64,000 bases of DNA from an uncultured archaeon (GTDB taxonomy: Archaea; Thermoplasmatota; Poseidoniia; MGIII; CG-Epi1). Under the pieces are notes generated by a model. The model had not been told where the DNA came from, did not search any database, and was given only the letters and a program-made list of their open reading frames with translations. Both the position numbers and the translations under genes were made by a program. Positions 38,395-47,363 of this stretch are shown piece by piece (positions within the stretch are counted from its first letter, which is position 1; every line of letters starts with the position of its first letter). The stretch is taken from NCBI GenBank assembly GCA_964389465.1, contig CAYMDK010000001.1, positions 188,316 through 252,315 on the forward strand, read 5' to 3'.

Positions 38395-38946
38395 ATGTCA
38401 AAAATCATGGCCCTGTTCGCTGCCCTGCTCTTCGTCGGCACCCTTGCCGGCGCAGTCGTGGCGGAGGAAGAGACTGAAGGCGAGCGGCCGGACCGGCTGG
38501 CGAGGCTGCAGGAACACATCGAGAAGCGGCTGGCGCGACTGGCCGACTTCCGCGAACATATGCCTGATGACGCCGACACGTCACGGCTCGACGCGCTCGA
38601 AGCGCGGCTCGAGGCGCGCCAGGCGAAGCTGGCCGAATGCGCCGCTGACCGCGAAGCGTGTAAGGCCGAGCGCGACGCGAAGCGCGAGGAGCACCGCCAA
38701 GCGACCCTTGAGCGCATGATTGCGCGCACGCAGGCGGCGCTGGATCGCATCGCCGAATGCCGTGCCTCCGAGGAGTGCCCGGCCGACGATGAGAAGCTGG
38801 ACGCGCTCGAGGAGCGGCTCAACGAGCGGCTCGCCAAGCTGGAAGCGTGCAGCTCCGGTGAGGGCGAGTGCAACATGCCGAAGAAGCCCCACGGCCGCAA
38901 CCCGCACCTGAAGGACAAGCTCCGCGAGCGGCTCCAGAAGACCTGA
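38395..38946 (+). CDS. secreted helical repeat protein with three Cys-loop units
   Basis: Signal peptide, then three units of the type LDALE.RL..R.AKLE(A/E)C-x5/6-C. Confidence 0.55.
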   Translation: MSKIMALFAALLFVGTLAGAVVAEEETEGERPDRLARLQEHIEKRLARLADFREHMPDDADTSRLDALEARLEARQAKLAECAADREACKAERDAKREEHRQATLERMIARTQAALDRIAECRASEECPADDEKLDALEERLNERLAKLEACSSGEGECNMPKKPHGRNPHLKDKLRERLQKT

Positions 38947-38948
38947 AC

Positions 38949-40544
38949 ATGTTCCGTGCATTCCTGGTTGCCCTGACGGTGGCGCTCAGCTCGCTGGGCG
39001 CCACCACGCTCGCGAGCGGCGAGGAGATTTTCGCGCAGGACGAGTTCGAGGTGCATGTCGGCACCGTCGCCGACCACTCCGAGGCGCGCGGCAAGCTGGG
39101 CGAGCAGGGCGACTTCATCGCCATCCAGCTCGGCGCCGACACCTGGTTCGCCGTCGTATATGGCACCGAGGAATATCCCAACGCGATCCACATGCGCTCA
39201 TGGCAGCTGCGCTACCTGGGCGGCGCGACCGTCGTCGGCCCCAATGGCGGCGTGGTCACCCCGGAGGCTCCGCTGCCGGTCGTCCGCGTTAGCGGGCAGG
39301 CGCTGCCAATGCTGCTCGAGTTCCACGACAGTGGCTACACAAGCACCGGGCCGTTTGGGATGCACCACGAGAATGTGGGCGGCGGCAACGGGCTCTTTGA
39401 CTTCCAGCCGCGCCCCGGCTTCCACGGCGTCGGCATCCTGGATGGGGGGGTGGGTCACCACGAGCCGGTGATGAAGATGGTTGACCTGAACACTGCCTGG
39501 ACCCCGGTTTTCGACCCCGCGAGCGACGTCAGCATCGACGAAGCCGACCGCACGGCGCAGGTCAGCTTCGGACTCACGGCACGTGACTTGCCTTATATAT
39601 ACGTCGACGAGAACCAGCCCGAAACCCCGGAGGTGCTGGAAGAAGTCACGATTACCTTCCGGCTAACTGTCAGCCTGGTTGAGAAGTCGATAGAGGTGCC
39701 GTGGTATCGCGTCACCGTTTCGCGCGACGGCGTGGAGAAAAGCGAGCGCGATGGCGAACGCACTTTCAGCGGTCGCGCGGTCGAATCGCACCTGAAGTAC
39801 GACCACTACCTTGAGGGCTGGGATTATCGCGAGCGCAGCGAGGACAGCCGGCTGATGCTGCTCATCTTCACCGTCTTCGCGACCTTCGTTCCCAACCAGG
39901 TCGCGCAGTGGATGAACCAGCAGTTTATCGAACAACACCTGGCCGACGGCGGTGGCCGCGCCGAGTTCGAGGCGGACTACGAGATTGACCAGCAGACCGG
40001 CGAGGAGCGGCATTTCGCGCCCGGGCCGGATGATGAAGATGGCGAGGACGGTCGCCCTGACAAGCACGGCAAGGTCAAGTATCGCGCCAAGGAGGCGTTC
40101 GAGAACCGGGTCCAGCGGCTGCGCACCAACTCCATCGAGTTCCACGACAACTGGGACCGCGCCGGCAAGCTGACCTGGGTCAGCAACGTCAGCGTCACGG
40201 TCGATGGCAACGTGACCGAGGAACCACTCTACCACCAGCTCCACGCCATGGAGGGAGTCCAGTCGTTCATGGCCAAGGAGAACCCGCACAAGCTGAGGGA
40301 CATCCGTACCGATGGCCACGTTAGCGGCATGGTGCTGCTGGGCGGCTACGTCTACCCGGCCGGCGACGCGCTGCTCCACGACCCGACCTTCGAAGTCTCG
40401 GCGCTGCTGGCCGAAATCGGCACCGGGCTGCAGACGCTGCTCGCCAAACTCGGGCTGCTGCAGCTGGCGGAGCTGGCGGCGGTCGGGCTGCTGGCAATCG
40501 CGCTCACTGTCCGCGGCCGCCGCCGCGCGGCGCTGCTGAAGTGA
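38949..40544 (+). CDS. secreted hypothetical protein with a C-terminal membrane anchor
   Basis: 531 aa from the ATG at 38949, 2 nt after the upstream stop. It has a signal peptide and a C-terminal hydrophobic helix plus RGRRR. Confidence 0.55.
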   Translation: MFRAFLVALTVALSSLGATTLASGEEIFAQDEFEVHVGTVADHSEARGKLGEQGDFIAIQLGADTWFAVVYGTEEYPNAIHMRSWQLRYLGGATVVGPNGGVVTPEAPLPVVRVSGQALPMLLEFHDSGYTSTGPFGMHHENVGGGNGLFDFQPRPGFHGVGILDGGVGHHEPVMKMVDLNTAWTPVFDPASDVSIDEADRTAQVSFGLTARDLPYIYVDENQPETPEVLEEVTITFRLTVSLVEKSIEVPWYRVTVSRDGVEKSERDGERTFSGRAVESHLKYDHYLEGWDYRERSEDSRLMLLIFTVFATFVPNQVAQWMNQQFIEQHLADGGGRAEFEADYEIDQQTGEERHFAPGPDDEDGEDGRPDKHGKVKYRAKEAFENRVQRLRTNSIEFHDNWDRAGKLTWVSNVSVTVDGNVTEEPLYHQLHAMEGVQSFMAKENPHKLRDIRTDGHVSGMVLLGGYVYPAGDALLHDPTFEVSALLAEIGTGLQTLLAKLGLLQLAELAAVGLLAIALTVRGRRRAALLK

Positions 40545-40671
40545 ACCGGCGCCACCTTCCCGGCAGCGAGCGGACGACGCTCTGCGGCCACCCCGCGACT
40601 GAGCAGGAGTGGCAGTGGATGCAGCGCTTCCAGCACCGGCAGGTGAACTGCCGCAGCTGCCTGACGCGCGC

Positions 40672-43203
40672 CTAGCGCCGGCGCACTTTCTTCACGCGCC
40701 GCACCACCCGCCGGGGCGGCCCGGGCTCGCGTGATGGCGCCTCCGCTCCGCGCGGCGGTTGCGCTTCCGCCTCGCCCCAGACGTTGTCGGGCGCTCCGGT
40801 GGCGCCCGCGTCGGCGCGCGGCGGAAAGGCGGGCGGGGCGCGGTATCCGGCGACGGTCAGCACGACCGCCGGCAGCACCAGCAGCGTCGCCACGAGTGCG
40901 TAGAGTATCATCGCCGCGGTCAGGATTCCGAACTGGCTGAAGACGGTCATCGACGAGAAGGAGAGCATGCCGAAGCCGGCCGCGGTCGTCAGCGCCGCGC
41001 CGGTAATGGGGGTCCCGGCGTGCTGCACCGCCGTGACCATTGCCGTTTTGGGTGGGTCGCCCTCCGCCAGCGCCTCGCGGTAGCGATGGAGCAGGTGCAC
41101 GGCGAAGTCGACGCCGACGCCGATAGTGATGGCGGCAATCGAAACGGTAACGAGGTTCAGGCTCCAGCCGAGCGCCCAGATGGTGCCGTAGACCCACGCA
41201 GTCACCAGCAGCACCGGCACGATTGCCTCACCGCCCTCGACCCATGAACGGCGCAGCACAATCAGCAGGCCAAGACAAATGATGATGGAGAGCGCCAGTG
41301 ACTTCAGCATCCCGTCGGTCATGGTGCTCATCATCTGGTAGCGTTCAATCGGCTGGCCGTACGGGGTAGCCTCGAGTCCGAGCGCTTCCAGCGGCGCCGC
41401 GTCCTCTTCCAGCTCCGCCAGCAGCACTTCGCCGCCCATGGTCCCGATGTCGGCGCTGGAGACACGGATGAGCACCCCGTCAGCACTGCCGTTGCCGTCG
41501 GGCCGCACGAACGTCCTGACTTCGGTCGACGTCAGGTCGCCGGTGCCCTGCACCAGCAGGATTCCGAGCAACTGCCGCGTCTCGCCGCTGCTGTCGGGCA
41601 GCCCGTCGCCGTCGCTGTCGGCCATGCCGAGTTGCGGCGCCATCAGCGGGAACGCCTGCTGCATGACGGTCGCGATGGACCATGCGCGCGGCTGGTTGCC
41701 AATCTGGGCAATCTTCGAGTCGTTACCCATCGCCGCCTGCGTTTCGAGCAGCGCGCGCATGACTTCAGGCCGCATCAGGTCGTCGCCCTCGACCAGGATT
41801 CCGGCCGCCTCGCCCGACGTGGTCCCGTAGTCGCGCTCGTAGATGACCCACGCGCGATACATCTCGGAAGTGGGGTCAATCAGGTCCTGCATCTCCAGTT
41901 CCTGGTCGAGCTGGACCGCCGCCCAGAGCGAGCCGCCCGTGAGCAGCAGCGCGACCGCAATCACCGCTAGCGGTCGCGCCTGCGAAGCGGTCGCCAGCGC
42001 ACCGAGCGCTGGCGCCAGCACTGAGTTCTCCTCGAGCGACTCCAGGTCGGGGTCGAGCCAGCGGTCGAGCAGCAGCCGCGCCGCCGGCAGGAAAGTGGTC
42101 GTCAGGATGAACGCGGCGCCGATTCCGAGCGCGACATGCACGCCGAAGTCGCGAATCGCCGGTACTTCGGAAACGCGGTTGGCACCGAAGGCAGCCATGG
42201 TCGTCAGCGTCGTCAGCAGCAGCGCGGTGCCGACGAGCCGCACCGAGATGCGCAGCGCCTTTTCCGGCCCTTGGTAATGGTCGGCGCGGTAGCGGTGCAG
42301 GATATGAATGGCGTCGTCGACGCCCAGCGCCAGCACCAGTATCGGCGCGATGAAGGTATATTGCGAGAAGCGCAGCCCGAGCACTTCGCCAGCGGAGAAC
42401 ATCCAGAGCAATGCCAGCATCACCGTGCCGAGACTCAGCACGACGTCGGTGGGGCGGCGCAGCGAGAACCAGAGCAGCACCGCCATCGCGCCCAGCGTCA
42501 GCGGCAGCAGCGTCTCAAGCGTTGCTTGCGACGCTTCCTGCATCGCATGGTTAGGGGCCGCCATCGAGTTCAGCACCAGCGTTTCGCTCTCGAAGCCGTG
42601 GAACGCGTCGCGCACCGCAAGTTCCGACTCTTCGTCGTTGTAGGCGCCCTGTTTGTCCACGGTCACGGTGACGAAGATCGACCGCGCCTGCCACGCCCCG
42701 TCCTCGAAAGAAGGCGCGCCGAACATGCCGCCCGCCTGCGGGTCCTCGATGAGCGCGCCCAGCGTTGCCTGCAACACCGGCTCGGGCGCCGTTTCCAGTG
42801 CCAGCCCCTGTAGCGCCAGCGCCGCGGCGACCACTGAGCCGGGCGACTGCACGACGGCGTTGGTGTCGTACGCCCACAACTGCACTTCGGGCGCGGCCAG
42901 CAGGTGCGTTTCGAGTCGCAGCAGTTCCTGCAGCGACTCGCGCGAAAGCGGGTTCCCGCCCGGCGCCTCGACCACGGCCGAGACGTAGAACGGCAGCGGG
43001 AATTCACCGTAGGCGACCTGCCCCGCGCTGACCTCGTCCGATGGCGGCAGGTAGTCCTCGAGCGACGTCTCGGTATCCATCGCCTGCAACGGTTGCAGCG
43101 CCAGCCCGCTCACCAGCAGCGCCAGCAGCACGGTCGCCCACGGTCGTGCGGCGACCAGCCGCGAGAGCTCCTCCATGCGCGGCGACGCGATACTGGCAGC
43201 CAT
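40672..43203 (-). CDS. MMPL/RND-superfamily exporter
   Basis: 843 aa with two 6-TM bundles, each preceded by a large extracytoplasmic loop, which is the MMPL/HpnN-like architecture. Confidence 0.8.
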   Translation of the reverse strand: MAASIASPRMEELSRLVAARPWATVLLALLVSGLALQPLQAMDTETSLEDYLPPSDEVSAGQVAYGEFPLPFYVSAVVEAPGGNPLSRESLQELLRLETHLLAAPEVQLWAYDTNAVVQSPGSVVAAALALQGLALETAPEPVLQATLGALIEDPQAGGMFGAPSFEDGAWQARSIFVTVTVDKQGAYNDEESELAVRDAFHGFESETLVLNSMAAPNHAMQEASQATLETLLPLTLGAMAVLLWFSLRRPTDVVLSLGTVMLALLWMFSAGEVLGLRFSQYTFIAPILVLALGVDDAIHILHRYRADHYQGPEKALRISVRLVGTALLLTTLTTMAAFGANRVSEVPAIRDFGVHVALGIGAAFILTTTFLPAARLLLDRWLDPDLESLEENSVLAPALGALATASQARPLAVIAVALLLTGGSLWAAVQLDQELEMQDLIDPTSEMYRAWVIYERDYGTTSGEAAGILVEGDDLMRPEVMRALLETQAAMGNDSKIAQIGNQPRAWSIATVMQQAFPLMAPQLGMADSDGDGLPDSSGETRQLLGILLVQGTGDLTSTEVRTFVRPDGNGSADGVLIRVSSADIGTMGGEVLLAELEEDAAPLEALGLEATPYGQPIERYQMMSTMTDGMLKSLALSIIICLGLLIVLRRSWVEGGEAIVPVLLVTAWVYGTIWALGWSLNLVTVSIAAITIGVGVDFAVHLLHRYREALAEGDPPKTAMVTAVQHAGTPITGAALTTAAGFGMLSFSSMTVFSQFGILTAAMILYALVATLLVLPAVVLTVAGYRAPPAFPPRADAGATGAPDNVWGEAEAQPPRGAEAPSREPGPPRRVVRRVKKVRRR

Positions 43204-43263
43204 CGAGCGGCGACCGGTTGCTGGATAAAAAACCGGCAGACCGGTCGAAGAGCTGACCGCGGT

Positions 43264-43291
43264 AAATTTAGCCGAAGCTAAACTTTATATT
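43264..43291. promoter_or_regulatory. candidate DtxR-family operator overlapping a TATA box
   Basis: Inverted repeat TTTAGC-cgaa-GCTAAA (43267-43282), immediately followed by tttatatt (43284-43291), about 25 nt upstream of the dtxR-like start at 43312. Confidence 0.4.
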
Positions 43292-43311
43292 AGCCAGCCC
43301 TAAAACGGAGT

Positions 43312-43968
43312 GTGGCCTCGGTTGCTGTCGAAAATTACCTGAAGTCGATGTGGGAACTCGGCCCCGCCAACGTCGCAACGCAGGAGCTGGCGCAGCACCT
43401 CGCTGTCGCGCCGGCATCCGCAACGCGCATGCTCCAGCGCCTTTCGGAGCACGGGCTGGTCGCGCACACCCCCTACCGCGGTGCGTCGCTGACCGCGGCG
43501 GGCGAGCGCAAGGCGCTTACCGTGGTGCGGCGCCACCGGTTGCTTGAGACCTTCCTGGCGCGCACGCTCAAGCTAGGGCGCGACCAGCTGCACGATGAGG
43601 CAGAGCGGCTCGAGCACGCGCTCTCGCCGGCGCTCGAAGCGGCGATTGATGATTACCTTGGCAACCCGCAGCGCGACCCGCACGGCCACCCGATTCCGGG
43701 GCCGCAGGGTGAGCTGCCGCCCGAAGGCGACAGCCCGCTGGGCGAGTGGCCGCTCGATCGCCCCGCGACAGTCAGCCAGGTGCCCGACCGCGACGGCGAG
43801 ATGCTGGGCTGGCTCGAATCGCAGGGGCTCGTCCCGGGTCGCGAGCTGCGACTGGTCGCGCGCGACCCGTTCGACGGAGGCGTGACCGTCAAGTTCGATG
43901 AGCGGCTGCTGCAGGTCGCCGCGTCGGTCGCCGAAGAAGTGCGCGTCAGCGACGGGGGCACGGCGTGA
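43312..43968 (+). CDS. DtxR/MntR/IdeR-family metal-dependent transcriptional regulator with a FeoA-like C-terminal domain
   Basis: 218 aa with ENYLK..WEL, an HTH, a dimerisation/metal-site region (RRHRLLETFL...HDEAERLEHA) and a C-terminal SH3-like domain. Confidence 0.8.
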   Translation: MASVAVENYLKSMWELGPANVATQELAQHLAVAPASATRMLQRLSEHGLVAHTPYRGASLTAAGERKALTVVRRHRLLETFLARTLKLGRDQLHDEAERLEHALSPALEAAIDDYLGNPQRDPHGHPIPGPQGELPPEGDSPLGEWPLDRPATVSQVPDRDGEMLGWLESQGLVPGRELRLVARDPFDGGVTVKFDERLLQVAASVAEEVRVSDGGTA

Positions 43969-44894
43969 TTCAGTTCAAGGCCGCTTCGGCCGCGCTGGCG
44001 TTCATCGCACTGCTGGCGTTCCAGGTCGTGACGCCCGCGTATTTCCTGCCGCCCGACGCCGTGATTGAGACCGATTATCAGGGCCATCTCGGCGAGCACG
44101 CCACGCCGCAACTCTTCTGCGAGCCGGGCGGCTCGCGCGACTACGCGCTGACGATTTCCGAGGTGCGCTGGGAAGTCGCGCCCGGCCAGTTCTTCACGGC
44201 GTGGACCTTCAACGGCGCCATCCCCGGGCCGACGCTCTGCGGCTACGAAGGCGAAGCGCTACAGGTCGAAATCACGAACCGCCTTGACCGAGCGGTCGAG
44301 TTCAGCGTCGCGCCTGCCGCCGCGACCGTCATGGTCGCGGCGGCGAGCGTCGGCAGCGGCGAGACGTATATGCTGGTGCTCGAGGCACTGCCTGCGGGAA
44401 CGCTGGTCTACAGCGACGCCGCCGGAGGCATTGACCACGGACTTTACGGCGCCATCGTGATTTACGGCACCGACGAGCCGCAGGTGGACCACGACATCGT
44501 CGTCTTCGAGGACGAGTTCGCGCCGCCGATTACCGATGGTAACGACTACTTCGCCGTCCTTAATGGCAAGGCGTACCCGCTCAACCCGCACTACATCTTC
44601 GCGCTCGACGAGGAGGTGCGCTTCCGCATGGTCAACATTGGCAGCGAATTCCACACATTCCACATCCACGGCCACGTCTGGCTCGACTCGGCAGGTAACA
44701 ACAATGACAACGAGGTGCTGGCGCCGGGCGAGGCGGTTGACGGCATCGTCAAGATGCGCGAGCCGGGATCGTGGATGTACCACTGCCACATCTACGACCA
44801 CATCGCCGGCGGTATGACCGCCATGCTGACGGTGCTGCCGGCCGGTTTCGAGGGCGATCCGGTTGCCTTCTGCCGCTACGGAGGCGCGCAGTGA
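43965..44894 (+). CDS. two-domain multicopper-oxidase-like protein carrying only the C-terminal-domain copper ligands
   Basis: N-terminal TM/signal. HTFHIHGH and HCHIYDHIAGGM are present. No HxH or WxYHxH motif is found in the N-terminal cupredoxin domain. GTGA overlap with dtxR. Confidence 0.75.
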   Translation: MIQFKAASAALAFIALLAFQVVTPAYFLPPDAVIETDYQGHLGEHATPQLFCEPGGSRDYALTISEVRWEVAPGQFFTAWTFNGAIPGPTLCGYEGEALQVEITNRLDRAVEFSVAPAAATVMVAAASVGSGETYMLVLEALPAGTLVYSDAAGGIDHGLYGAIVIYGTDEPQVDHDIVVFEDEFAPPITDGNDYFAVLNGKAYPLNPHYIFALDEEVRFRMVNIGSEFHTFHIHGHVWLDSAGNNNDNEVLAPGEAVDGIVKMREPGSWMYHCHIYDHIAGGMTAMLTVLPAGFEGDPVAFCRYGGAQ

Positions 44895-45883
44895 GCGAGG
44901 TGCGGCCCGGCTTCGCCGCTGGCGCTGTTGTCGCGCTGCTGGCGTTCATGGTAATCACGCCGGGCTGGTTTCTCCCGCCGGGCGCCACCGCCAGCGGGCT
45001 GCCGCTGGCGGGGCACCTGGGCGAGCACGACGCGCCCGAGTCGGACTGCGGCCCGGTTTCGGACGACCCCATCAAGCGCGTGACGCTGGTGGCGCAGGCG
45101 ACCGTCTGGGAAGTCGCCCCCGGCAAGAGCTTCCTTGCGTGGAGTTTCAACGGCGTAATTCCCGGGCCGGTCATCTGCCTGCGCGAGGGCGATACACTAA
45201 TCGTAACGCTCGTGAACCGGCTGCCGACCATCGCCAGCTTCCACGCACACGGGCTGGCGCGCGAGCCGTCCAGCGACGGCACCTTCCTGACGGAATCCTA
45301 CGCGGTTCCCGGCGGCAGCTACACCTACACGCTGCAGGCCGACTCCACCAGCGTTGGGACTTGGGCTTACCACGACGCCGTGGCGGAGCTGGACGAAGGT
45401 GCGTTCATCGACGGGCTTTCGCTGCCCGAGTCGGGCGAGGGCATCGAGCGCGGGATGTTCGGCGCGATCATCGTCTACGGCGAGGGCGAGCTGGACGAGG
45501 CGGGACTACCTGTCGGCTACGACCACGAGCTGGTGCTGGTCGAGGCGGAGTTCGAGTCGGAAGTCACGGCGGGGCCGGTCTACATGACCGTCAATGGCAA
45601 GATTGCGCCGGTGACGCCGCACTACCAGTTCCAGGCGGGCGAGACGGTCCGCTTCCGGATTGTCAACGTCGGCCCCAACGCCAACCACGACCTGTGGGTT
45701 GAGGGACTTAACTGGCGCCAGACACAGTCTGGCGCCGTCGTCGACAGCGTCCTGTTCGGCGCGCTCGAGTTCGGCGACTTCACGGTCGAGGTGGGCGACG
45801 AACCGCGCGAGACGCGCTACACTTGCTCCATCGAAGGGCATGAGGAAGCGGGCATGCATGGACTTTTCTCGGTAGTCAAGTGA
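44891..45883 (+). CDS. two-domain cupredoxin protein, paralog carrying the N-terminal-domain HxH ligands plus a pure type-1 copper site
   Basis: GTG start at 44891 (GTGA overlap). Domain 1 has SFHAHG and WAYHD. Domain 2 has NHDLWVEG and YTCSIEGHEEAGMHG (His/Cys/His/Met, without the flanking His residues). Confidence 0.7.
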   Translation: MSEVRPGFAAGAVVALLAFMVITPGWFLPPGATASGLPLAGHLGEHDAPESDCGPVSDDPIKRVTLVAQATVWEVAPGKSFLAWSFNGVIPGPVICLREGDTLIVTLVNRLPTIASFHAHGLAREPSSDGTFLTESYAVPGGSYTYTLQADSTSVGTWAYHDAVAELDEGAFIDGLSLPESGEGIERGMFGAIIVYGEGELDEAGLPVGYDHELVLVEAEFESEVTAGPVYMTVNGKIAPVTPHYQFQAGETVRFRIVNVGPNANHDLWVEGLNWRQTQSGAVVDSVLFGALEFGDFTVEVGDEPRETRYTCSIEGHEEAGMHGLFSVVK

Positions 45884-45887
45884 GAGC

Positions 45888-46763
45888 ATGGACCTGAACC
45901 TGTTCGGCATTGCGATCCTGCTCGGCGTCTACGTCGGCGTCGTCCCGGTCTACCTTGGCCTGTTTTCGCTGCCGCTGCTGCAGCGACTCCAGCGCGAATG
46001 GCTCGACGTGCTGGTCTGCCTGACGCTCGGCATCATGCTGTTCCTGTTCGTCGACGTCGCCGCCGAGGCACTCGAGGCGGCTGACAAGCTGCCGGCGGCC
46101 ATCGCGGTGCCGGCCGACGGGCAGGCGAGCGTGCCGCCGCTCGACATGCTGCTCTACGACACCTTCGGTGCCGACTCGGGAATCATCCTGGGGCCGCTCT
46201 TCATGCTCACCGGCTTCGCGCTGGGAGTGCTGGGGCTGGTCGAGTTCGGCCGGCGGCTGGACCGGCTCAAGGAAGCCGGCGCCGCGTGGGGCGGGCTGTT
46301 CAACCCCGCCACGCTCTCGCCGCAGATGCAGCTGGCGCTGCTCGTCTCGCTGGGAATCGGGCTGCACAACCTGGGCGAGGGGCTCGCCGTAGGGGTCGCC
46401 TACGGCAGCCAGAGCTTCGCGCTGGCGACCGTGCTCATCTTCGGTTTTGCGGTGCACAACGTCTCTGAGGGCATCGCCATCGTCTCGCCGATATCGCGCT
46501 CGCAGGTGGACCTGCGCACGCTGGCGCTGCTGGGGCTGCTCGCGGGCGGACCGACGATAATCGGCACGCTGATTGGCATCTACGTCTTCTCGAACGCGCT
46601 CTCGATAATCTTCTTCGCCATCGCCGCCGGCGCGATACTTTACGTCGTCATCGAAATCACCGCGTCGCTCGGCGACCGCTTTCGCAACAGCCACGCCAAC
46701 TATCTCGGCGTGATGGCTGGCTTCACGGTGATGTATCTCACTTCGCTGCTGGTATTGTTGTAG
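45888..46763 (+). CDS. ZIP-family divalent metal transporter
   Basis: 291 aa with GLHNLGEGLAVG and FAVHNVSEGIAI motifs. It starts 4 nt after the upstream stop. Confidence 0.85.
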   Translation: MDLNLFGIAILLGVYVGVVPVYLGLFSLPLLQRLQREWLDVLVCLTLGIMLFLFVDVAAEALEAADKLPAAIAVPADGQASVPPLDMLLYDTFGADSGIILGPLFMLTGFALGVLGLVEFGRRLDRLKEAGAAWGGLFNPATLSPQMQLALLVSLGIGLHNLGEGLAVGVAYGSQSFALATVLIFGFAVHNVSEGIAIVSPISRSQVDLRTLALLGLLAGGPTIIGTLIGIYVFSNALSIIFFAIAAGAILYVVIEITASLGDRFRNSHANYLGVMAGFTVMYLTSLLVLL

Positions 46764-46808
46764 AACAGGCTGTAGCCAGAGTTAAACCCGCCCGCCCGCT
46801 CGCCCGCT

Positions 46809-47363
46809 ATGGCGGGCGAGCTGCTCTGGCTGGACCTGGAGATGACCGGGCTTGACCCGGGCTACCACGACATCGTCGAGATTGCGACCGTCATCACCGA
46901 CGCGCAGCTCGAGGTGCTGGCGGAGGGGCCGGACCTGGTGGTGCATGCGCACGCAGGGCGGCTGGAGCGCATGGGCGACTACGTCCACGACATGCACCAC
47001 CACTCGGGGCTGCTCGACGAGATTCGCGCTTCGGAACTTACACTGGCGAAAGCGGAGGAACAAACACTGGAGTTCATCGACGCACACCTGCCATCGGATT
47101 ACCGGCCGCCGCTCTGCGGCAACTCGATTGGCACCGACCGGCGGTTCCTGGAGGCGCAGATGCCGACGCTCGAAAATCGCGCCCACTACCGTGTGGTCGA
47201 CGTCTCGAGCATCAAGGAGCTGGCATGGCGCTGGTATCCCGAAGCGATGCGACAGGCGCCACCGAAGCTCGAGGCGCACCGCGCGCTGGGCGACATCCTG
47301 GAGTCAATCGCCGAACTCAAGTTCTACCGCGCGCAGTTCATGCAGCCGCCGGAGAGCGCGTGA
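46809..47363 (+). CDS. orn: oligoribonuclease (DEDDh 3'-5' exonuclease)
   Basis: 184 aa with LLWLDLEMTGLDP, CGNSIGTDRRFL and HRALGDILESI motifs. Confidence 0.8.
   Translation: MAGELLWLDLEMTGLDPGYHDIVEIATVITDAQLEVLAEGPDLVVHAHAGRLERMGDYVHDMHHHSGLLDEIRASELTLAKAEEQTLEFIDAHLPSDYRPPLCGNSIGTDRRFLEAQMPTLENRAHYRVVDVSSIKELAWRWYPEAMRQAPPKLEAHRALGDILESIAELKFYRAQFMQPPESA

Noticed and set aside
40541-40675. A 44 aa ORF (VNRRHLPGSERTTLCGHPATEQEWQWMQRFQHRQVNCRSCLTRA) with a GTGA overlap to the upstream gene and a C-x-H...CxxC pattern.
   Set aside because: It is very short, overlaps the 3' end of the convergent MMPL gene, and matches no family I recognise. It may be a real zinc-binding micro-protein, but the evidence is too thin to call.
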